From NCBI GenBank assembly GCA_040756235.1, contig JBFLZG010000135.1, positions 1-36,336 on the forward strand: a DNA stretch of 36,336 bases. The letters are read 5' to 3'. This document shows, piece after piece, positions 1 to 8,189 of this stretch. A program made the translations under genes and the position numbers. The stretch is from a bacterium. GTDB taxonomy: Bacteria; Desulfobacterota; DSWW01. The notes beneath the pieces are model-generated. The model saw only the letters and a program-made list of their open reading frames with translations, searched no databases and was not told the origin of the DNA. Within the stretch, counting starts at the first letter, position 1, and each line of letters starts with the position of its first letter.

Positions 1-98
1 CGCCCTCCGGGCGCATCATCCTGACGGATGATGCGTCCAATTCCGCTGTCCTGCGGAATTGTCGTGCGCCTTGCATCTGGACATTTCTGAACAGCCTC
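1..98 (+). repeat. MITE-like repeat, copy 1 (right part, truncated by the window edge, with a nested palindromic module)
   Basis: 62-98 (tcgtgcgccttgcatctggacatttctgaacagcc) is nearly identical to 2580-2614 and similar to the copy ending at 14075. 1-61 holds stacked hairpins (cgcatcatcc..ggatgatgcg; caattccgc..gcggaattg). Confidence 0.8.
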
Positions 99-161
99 CA
101 GGAGCCGAATTCTTGGACAGGCTCCTAACCGGGACCACCCAGACCCGAGGATCCGACGACC

Positions 162-2492
162 ATGGAAGAGGCTTACTGCGAAAAGATCGCTGCCGCGTCA
201 TCCATTCGTCCCGCCCAGGTGAAGGCCGTGGCGGGCCTGCTGGAGGAGGGGGCCACGATCCCGTTCATCGCACGCTACCGCAAGGAGGCGACCGGGGGCC
301 TGGACGAGGTCGTCATCACCGCCATCCGGGACCACCTGCACCGGCTCGAGGAGCTCGACCAGCGGCGCGCGTCCATCCTGAAGTCGCTCGAGGAGCGCAA
401 CGTCCTGACCGATGAGCTCCGGACGAAGGTCGAGGCTGCGGAGACCCTGAGCGTCCTTGAGGATATTTACCTGCCTTACCGGCCCAAGCGCAGGACCCGC
501 GCCATGGTCGCCCGTGAGAAGGGCCTGGAACCCCTCGCGCAGCAGATCTTCGCCCAGGACCTCCTGCCGGGCGAGGATGACCTGAGCGAGGCCGCCTCAC
601 GGTTCCTGAGCGAGGACAAAGGCGTGAAGTCCGCGGACGAGGCCCTGGCGGGCGCCCGGGACATCATGGGGGAATGGATGAACGAGGACGCGGGAGCCAG
701 GGAGCGGCTCAGGGCGTTCTTTGAAAAGAAAGCCACCGCGCGCTCGCGGCTGGTCCCGGGCAAGGAGACGGAAGGCGTCAAGTTCCGGGATTACTTCGAC
801 TGGGAAGAGCCGGCCCCGACGGCCCCCTCCCACCGGATCCTGGCCATGCGGCGCGGGGAAAAAGAGAAGGCGCTGGTCCTGGCTTTCCTGCCCCCGGAAG
901 AGGAGGCGCTCTCGCTGCTCGCAGGGCTGTTCGTCAAGTCCGACAACGCCAGCGGCGATCAGGTGCGCCTGGCCGCGCGCGACAGCTATCATCGGCTGCT
1001 CGGCCCTTCGCTCGAGACCGAGCTTCGCCTGGCGTGCAAGAAGCGGGCGGACGAGGAGGCCACTCGTGTCTTTGCGGAGAACCTGCGCCAGCTCCTGCTG
1101 GCGCCCCCCCTCGGTCGAAAAAGAGTCCTGGCCATCGATCCCGGCTTTCGGACCGGCTGCAAGGTCGTCTGTCTCGACGAGCAGGGGAAGATGCTCCACC
1201 ACGACGTGATCTTGCCGCACACCGGCGCCCGGGACCGGGAAAGAGCGGCCCGGACGATCCGGGACCTCTGCGCCCGGTTCTCGATCGAGGCCGTGGCCGT
1301 GGGGAACGGCACGGCAGGCCGTGAGACCGAGGCCTTCCTGCGCGAGCTCGACCTGGGCGGCGCCGAAGGCGCGGTTCCCGTGGTCATGGTCAACGAAAGC
1401 GGAGCTTCCGTCTATTCCGCATCCGAGGCGGCCCGCGAAGAGTTTCCGGAGCATGACGTGACGGTGCGCGGAGGAGTCTCCATCGGCAGGCGGCTGCAGG
1501 ATCCCCTGGCCGAGCTCGTCAAGATCGACCCGAAAGCGATCGGCGTGGGCCAGTACCAGCACGACGTGGACCAGAAAGCGCTCCGCCAGGCCCTGGACGA
1601 CGTGGTCGTGAGCTGCGTCAACGCGGTCGGCGTCGAGGTCAACACGGCGAGCAAGCAGCTCCTCACCTACGTCTCCGGGCTCGGCCCGCAACTGGCTCAG
1701 AACCTCGTGGGGCACCGGAACGCGCACGGACCTTTTCGGAGCCGGGAGGAGCTGAAGGAGGTCAGCCGGCTCGGGCCGAAAGCGTTCGAGCAGTCGGCCG
1801 GCTTCCTGCGGATCCGCGAGGGAGACAACCCGCTCGACGCGAGCGCCGTCCACCCGGAAAGCTATCCCGTGGTCGCGGCCATGGCCAGGGACCTCGGATG
1901 CCGGGAGGAGGACCTGATGCGCGAGCCGAAGCGTCTCGAGCAGGTCCGGCCCGAGCGCTACGTCACGGAGCGAGCCGGCCTGCCGACGATTCGCGACATC
2001 CTGGCGGAGCTCGCCAAGCCGGGTCGGGACCCGCGCGATTTTTTCGAGGCCTTCCGGTTTGCCGAAGGGGTGCATACGCTCGAGGACCTCCGGCCCGGCA
2101 TGCGTCTGCCGGGAAAGGTCACCAACATCACCCGATTCGGGGCCTTCGTCGACCTCGGGGTCCACCAGGACGGACTGGTCCACATCAGCCAGCTTGCGGA
2201 TCGGTTCGTCAAGGATCCGGGGGAGGCCGTGAAAATCGGTCAGACGGTCAGCGTGACCGTGCTGGAGGTCGACCTGGAACGCAAGAGGATCGCCCTTTCC
2301 ATGCGCGCCGGCCTGGAGAAAGACCTGCAGAGGAAGGAGGCCGGACAAGGTGCCGGGGGCCGACCGGAAAACCCGCGGAAAGGACCGGCGGCGCGCCGTC
2401 AGGAAACCCGGGAGGGCGGAAAGAAGAAGGAAGAGCTGGACCCGAACAATCCGTTCGTCCAGGCCTTTAGGAAGGCGAAGTGGACGCCCTAG
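162..2492 (+). CDS. tex: Tex/YhgF RNA-binding transcriptional accessory protein
   Basis: 776 aa with GATIPFIARYRKEATG, YLPYRPKRRTRA, IDPGFRTGCK (YqgF/RNase H-like), ESGASVYSAS, GVGQYQHDV, HhH repeats and a C-terminal S1 domain (FGAFVDLGVHQDGLVHIS). Confidence 0.97.
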   Translation: MEEAYCEKIAAASSIRPAQVKAVAGLLEEGATIPFIARYRKEATGGLDEVVITAIRDHLHRLEELDQRRASILKSLEERNVLTDELRTKVEAAETLSVLEDIYLPYRPKRRTRAMVAREKGLEPLAQQIFAQDLLPGEDDLSEAASRFLSEDKGVKSADEALAGARDIMGEWMNEDAGARERLRAFFEKKATARSRLVPGKETEGVKFRDYFDWEEPAPTAPSHRILAMRRGEKEKALVLAFLPPEEEALSLLAGLFVKSDNASGDQVRLAARDSYHRLLGPSLETELRLACKKRADEEATRVFAENLRQLLLAPPLGRKRVLAIDPGFRTGCKVVCLDEQGKMLHHDVILPHTGARDRERAARTIRDLCARFSIEAVAVGNGTAGRETEAFLRELDLGGAEGAVPVVMVNESGASVYSASEAAREEFPEHDVTVRGGVSIGRRLQDPLAELVKIDPKAIGVGQYQHDVDQKALRQALDDVVVSCVNAVGVEVNTASKQLLTYVSGLGPQLAQNLVGHRNAHGPFRSREELKEVSRLGPKAFEQSAGFLRIREGDNPLDASAVHPESYPVVAAMARDLGCREEDLMREPKRLEQVRPERYVTERAGLPTIRDILAELAKPGRDPRDFFEAFRFAEGVHTLEDLRPGMRLPGKVTNITRFGAFVDLGVHQDGLVHISQLADRFVKDPGEAVKIGQTVSVTVLEVDLERKRIALSMRAGLEKDLQRKEAGQGAGGRPENPRKGPAARRQETREGGKKKEELDPNNPFVQAFRKAKWTP

Positions 2493-2616
2493 CGGCTGTC
2501 CAGAAACGCCCATCTGCGGCGTTGCACTCATCCTTCGTCACTGCGGCGTACTGTCATGTACGCCTCGTTCCTCAGGATTTCGTGCGCCTTGCATCTGGGC
2601 ATTTCTGAACAGCCGC
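2492..2616 (+). repeat. MITE-like repeat, copy 2 (complete, minimal form)
   Basis: Imperfect terminal inverted repeats, 2491-2517 versus 2591-2617 (23/27 match), with an internal ggcgtac..gtacgcc hairpin. The left end overlaps the tex stop codon. Confidence 0.85.
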
Positions 2617-2817
2617 TGGAGCGAGGCTGCCACGCTTACCGGAAACCGGAGCCCGTCTTGTAGCGGCGCGAATCCGGCCGCACGCCACCCGGTCTGATGA
2701 CGATTCCCTCTGAGCTCGCATCCTACCTATGGGAGCCCCGGGGCCTCCTGAGGCTGACGAACGATGGGCAGGTAGACAACCGCGGCAGGCTGCCACGACC
2801 TCGTGAGGGAACCCCTT

Positions 2818-3213
2818 ATGGATGAGATCCGCATGCATCAGCTCGCCGCGCACGTGCTGGGCGAGTGGAATACCCATGACGTAGACCGTGTCGTCGCGGT
2901 TTATACGGACGACGTGCTCTATTTCGATCCGAACACCCGCGGCCCTGTCACGGGTGCCGAGGCGCTTCGCCACTATCTGGCCCGGTTCTTCTCGAACTGG
3001 AGGATGCGCTGGACCCTGCGGGAAGCTCGTCTCTTCACGGGTGGGGACGGCTGTGCGGTGACCTGGCATGCGGCCTTCCAGAGAACCGAAGGAGGCAGTA
3101 TCGTCGAAATCGATGGGGTGAAGCTCGTTCGTTTGCGGGGAGACCTCATCGCACGCAGCGAGATCTACTTCGACCGCACTTCTCTTATGCCTCTCCTCGG
3201 ACCCCGGCGGTAG
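2818..3213 (+). CDS. SnoaL-like / NTF2 family protein
   Basis: WNTHDVDRVVAVYTDDVLYFDP...G.EALRHY...EIYFD is a typical NTF2/SnoaL pattern. ATG 2818 is preceded by GAGGGA (the ORF track starts at GTG 2803). Confidence 0.88.
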   Translation: MDEIRMHQLAAHVLGEWNTHDVDRVVAVYTDDVLYFDPNTRGPVTGAEALRHYLARFFSNWRMRWTLREARLFTGGDGCAVTWHAAFQRTEGGSIVEIDGVKLVRLRGDLIARSEIYFDRTSLMPLLGPRR

Positions 3214-3243
3214 CGTAGGGGCGCATGGCCATACCCCCTACGC
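3213..3243. repeat. GTAG-type REP-like palindrome between convergent genes
   Basis: gcGTAGGGGcgcatggccatacCCCCTACgc; its ends match the palindrome at 35828-35883. Confidence 0.7.
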
Positions 3244-3250
3244 GTGTCCT

Positions 3251-4714
3251 TTACGATCCCAGCCCACGTGACTCCCGGATACGACGATACCGGTTGAGGG
3301 CGGCCATGGCGCTCACCGCCTTTTCGGGAGTATCGAACGTGGGGATCTGGTGCGCCTGCAGGATACGAGTGGCAACCTCGATGGAGGGCCCGATGAAGGA
3401 GGAGCAGATGATCGGCTTGCCGTACCGGGCAGGCAGGCTGGCCAGCTTCCTCATGGAGGGCTCGATCATGGCGGCCATCTGTTCCAGGGGGATGTCCGGG
3501 AGGAGGTCGGGGGCGGCTTTGCGGAGCCCCGCCAGCCAGGAGCTCACCATGATGCCGTGGATGATCAGGCCGTCGATGCCGGGGTCCTCCAGGAGGATCT
3601 GCGGCAGGGTCTCGACCAGCAGCTTGGGTTGTGTGGAATAGGTCAGATCCACCGGGTTGCCGAACGCCGCCGTGGCGGGGATCAAAGGCCGGATGGCCTC
3701 GCGGGTGCCAGCCGAAAAGGCGGGCACCTGGAGCCCTTGCCTGTTGCAGGCATCGGCCATGGAGCTGGCCGGGCCGCCGGAATGGGTGAGGATCGCAACG
3801 CGGTTGGAGCGGGGCAGGGGCTGCGTGGCCAGGGCCCAGGCCCACTGGTAGAGCTCCTCGACCGAGGCGGCCTCCAGGATCCCTCCCTGCCGGAGCAGAC
3901 CGCTCATGAGCCTGGCCGGCGCCCCGACCGCTCCCGTGTGGCTGGCCGAGGATCGGGCGCCGGCCTCGGTCCCGCCGACGTAGAGAGCCACGATCGGCTT
4001 GAGGGCCGAGACTTTCTTCGCCGTTTCGACGAACGGGCGCGGCCGTTTCAAACCCTCGATGTAGAGGGCGATGGCGCGGGTGGACGGGTCCTGGCCCAGG
4101 TAGTCCAGGCAGTCCGTGAGGCCGATATCGGCCTTGTTTCCCACGCTGATGGCGCGGCTGTACCCGATTCCATGCTCTTCGAGGTAAGGGATCACCTGGG
4201 TCACGTAAGTGCCGCTCTGTGACGCCAGTCCCATGGGCCCGGGTCCCTGGAAATAGGGGAACATGGTGACGTTGATGTGCCGGTGCGGGTTGATGATGCC
4301 GATGCAGTTGGGACCGATGAAGCGGATGCCGAGCCTGCGTGCCGCCTGGGCGATCTCCCGCTCGATCCTCTTCCCCTCGTCGCCGAGCTCCCCGAAGCCT
4401 CCGGAGGTGATGACGGCGGACCGGATCCCTTTCGCTCCGCAGTCTTCGATGATCTCGGGTACGACTCTGGCCGGAACCGTGATCACGGCGAGGTCTACCG
4501 GGTCCGGGATGTCGCGCAGGGAAGCATAGGCCTCGAGCCCGAGCACCGTCTTCTCCCGGGGATGGACCGGATAGATCTTCCCTGCATAGCCCCCCTTGAG
4601 CAGGTTGAGGAGCTGGATGGTGCCCATGGTCCGCGGATCATTGGAGGCGCCGACAAAGGCCACCGAATCGGCTTCGAGCATGCGGTGCAGCGGGTGGTTC
4701 GAGACAGGCGTCAT
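3251..4714 (-). CDS. Acetate/acyl-CoA ligase (ADP-forming) alpha subunit
   Basis: CoA-binding fold (VAFVGAS, YPVHP, DLAVITVP), GPNCIG, SQSG, SVGNKAD, phospho-His motif SHTGA, SGGP and NPVDL. No ATP-grasp domain. Confidence 0.92.
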   Translation of the reverse strand: MTPVSNHPLHRMLEADSVAFVGASNDPRTMGTIQLLNLLKGGYAGKIYPVHPREKTVLGLEAYASLRDIPDPVDLAVITVPARVVPEIIEDCGAKGIRSAVITSGGFGELGDEGKRIEREIAQAARRLGIRFIGPNCIGIINPHRHINVTMFPYFQGPGPMGLASQSGTYVTQVIPYLEEHGIGYSRAISVGNKADIGLTDCLDYLGQDPSTRAIALYIEGLKRPRPFVETAKKVSALKPIVALYVGGTEAGARSSASHTGAVGAPARLMSGLLRQGGILEAASVEELYQWAWALATQPLPRSNRVAILTHSGGPASSMADACNRQGLQVPAFSAGTREAIRPLIPATAAFGNPVDLTYSTQPKLLVETLPQILLEDPGIDGLIIHGIMVSSWLAGLRKAAPDLLPDIPLEQMAAMIEPSMRKLASLPARYGKPIICSSFIGPSIEVATRILQAHQIPTFDTPEKAVSAMAALNRYRRIRESRGLGS

Positions 4715-4752
4715 TCTCTTCGTCCCCCATCCTCATTCCCTTCCGGTTCCGC

Positions 4753-5796
4753 TCAGGTGATCAGGGCCACCCCGTTCTTGGTCGATTTCTTGATGAGGTA
4801 CATGGCGGTATCGGCTCGGAGGAGAATGTCCTTCTTGGTGCTCGCGTCCTCGGGAAAGCGAGCGATCCCGAAGCTCGCCGTGACCCGTACCGGTCCGGGT
4901 TCGGAATTCAGGTAGGTCGACTGGCGCATGTCTTGGAGGATCCGTTCGGTGAGCGACAGGGCCTCTTCGCGGCTCCTGTCGGGCAGGAGAATCACGAACT
5001 CGTCTCCACCGTATTTCGTGAGGATGTCGTTCGGCGAAAGGCATGAGAGGATCGTCTGGCCGACTTCCTTGAGAACCTGCGATCCCAGCAGGTGTCCGTG
5101 GGTGTCGACGACCCCCTTGAAGTTGTCGATGTCGACGAAGACCACGGCAAAGCCTTTGCCCTGCTCCTGTGCCCCGCGAATGAGGACGTCCAGGGTCTCG
5201 TGAAGATAGCGGGCGTTGTACAGGTCCGTGTAGTCGTCGGTGATGCACTTGCGCTGGATTTCGGCCACGAGTCGGGAGTTCTCGATGGCGATGGCGGCAT
5301 AGTCGGCCAGGATCGCCAGCACCGGCAGGTCCTCCCAGGCCCGGATCGCCTCGTGCTTGGGGTTCACCACCTCGATGACCCCGACCACCTTGCCGTGGGT
5401 CTTGAGCGGCACACACAGGATCGAATGGGTCCTGAAGCCGGTCGTCTCGTCCACCCTGCCGCTGTGCCGCGGGTCCTTCTTGGCGTCCGGCACGAAGACG
5501 GCCTGTCCGGTTTCGGCGACGTGGCCGGCGATCCCTTCGCCTCGGCGCAGCCGGATCCCCTCCACCTGCTGCTTTTCCAGGCCTGCGACCGCTTCGAAAT
5601 GCAGGTCCCCGGTGGTCTCGTCGCGCAGGAGAAGGGACCAGTTCTGGGCGGGATAGAGCTCGTTCATGCGGTCCATGATGAGGCGCAGGATCTCACGGAG
5701 CTCGAGCGTGGAGGTCAGGAGTTTTCCCACCTCCAGGCACGCCATCAGCTCCCGGGTCTCGGGCTGGGGCCGGGGCTCTTGGTCGTGGAGAGGCAT
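4753..5796 (-). CDS. GAF-sensor diguanylate cyclase
   Basis: GAF domain (GEGIAGHVAETG, SILCVPL, GVIEVVN) followed by a GGDEF domain (DIDNFK, HGHLLG, KYGGDEF, TASFG, ADTAMY). Confidence 0.95.
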   Translation of the reverse strand: MPLHDQEPRPQPETRELMACLEVGKLLTSTLELREILRLIMDRMNELYPAQNWSLLLRDETTGDLHFEAVAGLEKQQVEGIRLRRGEGIAGHVAETGQAVFVPDAKKDPRHSGRVDETTGFRTHSILCVPLKTHGKVVGVIEVVNPKHEAIRAWEDLPVLAILADYAAIAIENSRLVAEIQRKCITDDYTDLYNARYLHETLDVLIRGAQEQGKGFAVVFVDIDNFKGVVDTHGHLLGSQVLKEVGQTILSCLSPNDILTKYGGDEFVILLPDRSREEALSLTERILQDMRQSTYLNSEPGPVRVTASFGIARFPEDASTKKDILLRADTAMYLIKKSTKNGVALIT

Positions 5797-5813
5797 CGCG
5801 GTCTCCTCTGGAC

Positions 5814-5945
5814 GGGGTTCAGGTGTGGGGTATCAGGTATCAGGCCCCGCTCCCAGAGGTCCCGGCCCTCGGATACTCTTATCCGGGCTACTCAGGGCGG
5901 AGCGGGGTCGCGGCTGAAACCTGACACCTGATGACACCTGATACC
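5814..5945. repeat. Heptamer-armed inverted repeat element, copy A
   Basis: The left arm of GGTRTCA-like units (5814-5844) is complementary to the right arm of CTGAHAC units (5914-5945). Inner stem ccccgctcc/ggagcgggg. Arms are homologous to 17163-17287. Confidence 0.8.
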
Positions 5946-5952
5946 TTTTTTT

Positions 5953-7830
5953 TCAGTAGCTCCCCAGAATCTTCAGGAACTCGGTCTTGGTCCTGAGCGC
6001 GGCCATCACTTTGTCGAGCTCCGGGGACTCCACGTCCGCCTCCAGGTCCACGTAGAACAGGTAGGTCCACGGCTTGCCGTGGATTGGCCGCGATTCGAGC
6101 TTCACCAGGTTGACCTGGTTCTCGGCAAAGATCCTGAGCGTCTCGTACAGCGCGCCGGGCTCGTTGTTGGTGGAATAGATGAGCGAGGATTTCTTCCTCT
6201 GCCCGTTGGACGGCCGTTCGATGGCGATCACCACGAAGCGCGTGTAGTTCCTGGGATTGGTCTCGATGCCCTCTTTGAGCACCGCCAGCCCGTGCGTGGC
6301 CGCCGCCTCCCGGGCTGCGATGGCGATCTCGGTACGGTTGCCGCCCTCCTTGACGAGGCGCACGGCCGTGGAGGTGTCCCGGGCCGAAACGAGCTCCCAG
6401 CTGCTGTGCTGCTGGAGGAACTGGCGGCACTGCTCGAAGGTCTGGGGGTGGGAGATCACGCGCCGGACTTCCTCCAGCTGGGTATCCGGATGGCCCACCA
6501 GGGTGAGGACGATCCGCAGGGTGATCTCCCCCACGATCCTCACGTCATACTCCAGGAGCAAATCATAGTTCTCGTGGATGCTGCCGGTCAGGGAGTTCTC
6601 CACCGGCAGCACACCGAAGTCGGCCCGGCCGTCCTTGACCTGTTCGAACACGTCGCGGAAGGAGGCGGCCGGCTCGATCCGGACGTCGCTGCCGAAGAAC
6701 TGGCCGGCTGCCTTGTGGGCAAAGGCCTGCAGCTCGCCGGCGAAGACGGCCCGCGGGGGCCCGCCCGGCCGGCTCGACGCGGAGGGCCGGGCGGCCCTGG
6801 ACTTCTCGAGGTAGCCGAAATCCAGTTGCTTGCTCACGACCGGAGCGATCACGTAGAGATCGCGCATGAGCTGCTCGAACTCCGCCGGGTAGAGGCTCTG
6901 GGGGCCATCCGACAGGGCCTTGGCCGGGTCGTGGTGGACTTCGATGACCAGTCCGTCGGCGCCGGCCGCGATCGCGGCTCGTGCCATGGGGCTCACCTTG
7001 TCCCGGAGCCCGGTCGCGTGGCTGGGATCCACCACCACGGGCAGATGAGTGAGCTCCTTGATGACCGGGATGGAAGAGAGGTCGAGGGTATTTCGGGTGT
7101 ATCGCTCGAAGGTCCGAATGCCGCGCTCGCACAGGATGACCTTTTCGTTGCCCTCGGACAGGATGTACTCGGCCGACATGAGCCACTCTTCCATGGTTGC
7201 GGAAAGGCCGCGCTTGAGGAGCACCGGCTTGCCGATGCGGCCGGCGATACGCAGGAGCTCGAAATTCTGCATGTTGCGGGCGCCGATCTGCACCACGTCG
7301 ACATACTTGAGCATGAGATCGGCCTGGCTCGGCGAGGTCATCTCCGTCACGACCCTGAGGCCGGTCTCCTCCCGGACCGCAGCGAGGATCCTGAGCCCCT
7401 CCTCCCCGAGGCCCTGGAAGGAGTAGGGGGAGGTACGGGGTTTGAAGGCCCCGCCGCGGAACAGCACGGCGCCGCTTCGTTTCACCTGGCGCGCGATGGT
7501 CATGGCCTGCTGCCGGCTCTCCACCGCGCAGGGGCCGGCGATGACCACCAGCCGGGGCCCGCCCACTGCCACGTCTCCGACCTCGACCACCGTATCCTGG
7601 GGATGCATCTGGCGGCTCACCAGCTTGTAGGGCTGGGAGATCGGGATGACCCTGGCAACGCCGGGAAGCTGTTCGAAGAAGCGCACGTCGCGGCCGACCG
7701 AGCCCACGGCGCCCAGCACGACCTCGTCGCCTGCGCTCAGGTCCCGTATCAGGCACCCTTCTTCCCGGAGAACGCTTCGGATGTGGTCCTTCTCCGGATC
7801 GGACACACCCTTCTTGAGTACGATGATCAT
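5953..7830 (-). CDS. aroF: Fusion of type I-beta DAHP synthase (N-terminal regulatory domain) and prephenate dehydratase (PDT + ACT)
   Basis: [54 protein letters not shown] and SDGPQSL, then PDT motifs PVENS, SHPQ..EQC, NYTRF, PGAL and KLESRP. RBS AAGGAG upstream. Confidence 0.95.
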   Translation of the reverse strand: MIIVLKKGVSDPEKDHIRSVLREEGCLIRDLSAGDEVVLGAVGSVGRDVRFFEQLPGVARVIPISQPYKLVSRQMHPQDTVVEVGDVAVGGPRLVVIAGPCAVESRQQAMTIARQVKRSGAVLFRGGAFKPRTSPYSFQGLGEEGLRILAAVREETGLRVVTEMTSPSQADLMLKYVDVVQIGARNMQNFELLRIAGRIGKPVLLKRGLSATMEEWLMSAEYILSEGNEKVILCERGIRTFERYTRNTLDLSSIPVIKELTHLPVVVDPSHATGLRDKVSPMARAAIAAGADGLVIEVHHDPAKALSDGPQSLYPAEFEQLMRDLYVIAPVVSKQLDFGYLEKSRAARPSASSRPGGPPRAVFAGELQAFAHKAAGQFFGSDVRIEPAASFRDVFEQVKDGRADFGVLPVENSLTGSIHENYDLLLEYDVRIVGEITLRIVLTLVGHPDTQLEEVRRVISHPQTFEQCRQFLQQHSSWELVSARDTSTAVRLVKEGGNRTEIAIAAREAAATHGLAVLKEGIETNPRNYTRFVVIAIERPSNGQRKKSSLIYSTNNEPGALYETLRIFAENQVNLVKLESRPIHGKPWTYLFYVDLEADVESPELDKVMAALRTKTEFLKILGSY

Positions 7831-7849
7831 CTGCCGGACTCCTTTGCTG

Positions 7850-7891
7850 AAAAAAAAAAGAAGCCCCGAAGCGTGTCGGCTCGGGGCTTCT
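7850..7891 (-). terminator. Intrinsic terminator of an attenuator in the aroF-pheA leader
   Basis: The minus strand reads AGAAGCCCCGA-gccgacacgct-TCGGGGCTTCT then a U tract (10 A at 7850-7859 on +), ending about 20 nt before the start codon. Confidence 0.92.
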
Positions 7892-7961
7892 CATTCAGGC
7901 GCAATGGGATCGACCCCGGGGAGGCAGGCTTCGGTCCACCGGGGTCTGCGGAGCTTCAGGG

Positions 7962-8051
7962 CTACGCGACCGGGTGGACGCCCCTAAAGTAAAAAAAGGA
8001 GCGTCCCTTTTCAAGCTCGGCCGCTGGCGGGGTCTGGATCCTCATGCCCAT
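7962..8051 (-). CDS. Phe/Tyr leader peptide MGMRIQTPPAAELEKGRSFFYFRGVHPVA (29 aa; alternative start 8045)
   Basis: Hand-translated: GGAG RBS 5 nt before ATG, TTT-TTT-TAC-TTT at 7997-7986, TAG at 7964-7962. It lies between the promoter and the terminator and is too short for the ORF track. Confidence 0.85.
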   Translation of the reverse strand: MGMRIQTPPAAELEKGRSFFYFRGVHPVA

Positions 8052-8078
8052 GGGGTCTCCGCTGTTTCGAATGTGACG

Positions 8079-8107
8079 ACTTTATTGCGGCCGAGCCTAT
8101 TTGTCAA
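8079..8107 (-). promoter_or_regulatory. Sigma70 promoter of the aroF-pheA leader
   Basis: TTGACA (8107-8102), 17 bp spacer, TAAAGT (8084-8079). Confidence 0.8.
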
Positions 8108-8133
8108 CTGATCCGTCGTGACCGACCCGTCGC

Positions 8134-8162
8134 TTGTCCTGGCGTAAACCTTCTTGCATAAT
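8134..8162 (+). promoter_or_regulatory. Candidate sigma70 promoter of the ChaN gene (divergent)
   Basis: TTGTCC, 17 bp spacer, CATAAT. Confidence 0.55.
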
Positions 8163-8189
8163 GAAAAGAACCGGCTGGGAGATCAGACC

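Noticed and set aside
597..2531. Long antisense or alternative-frame ORFs (also 6079-7992, 13949-15757, 20926-23259 and many shorter ones)
   Set aside because: They shadow well-supported genes, carry no recognisable motifs and are expected from stop-codon scarcity at high GC. 597-2531 begins inside the MITE-like repeat.
2641..2720. CTGATGA with upstream GAAAC..GTC suggesting a hammerhead ribozyme
   Set aside because: Stem III does not pair properly and no stem I/II arrangement could be built around the core.
5814..5945. Repeat-spacer-repeat pattern as a possible mini-CRISPR (also 17163-17287)
   Set aside because: The arms are inverted 7-mer tandem units, not direct 23-47 bp repeats, and there are no cas genes.
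7931..7946. GGTGGACCG resembling a T-box antiterminator motif
   Set aside because: It lacks the variable base of UGGNACC and I saw no stem I/specifier structure. The FFYF leader ORF and its pairing with this segment explain the region better.
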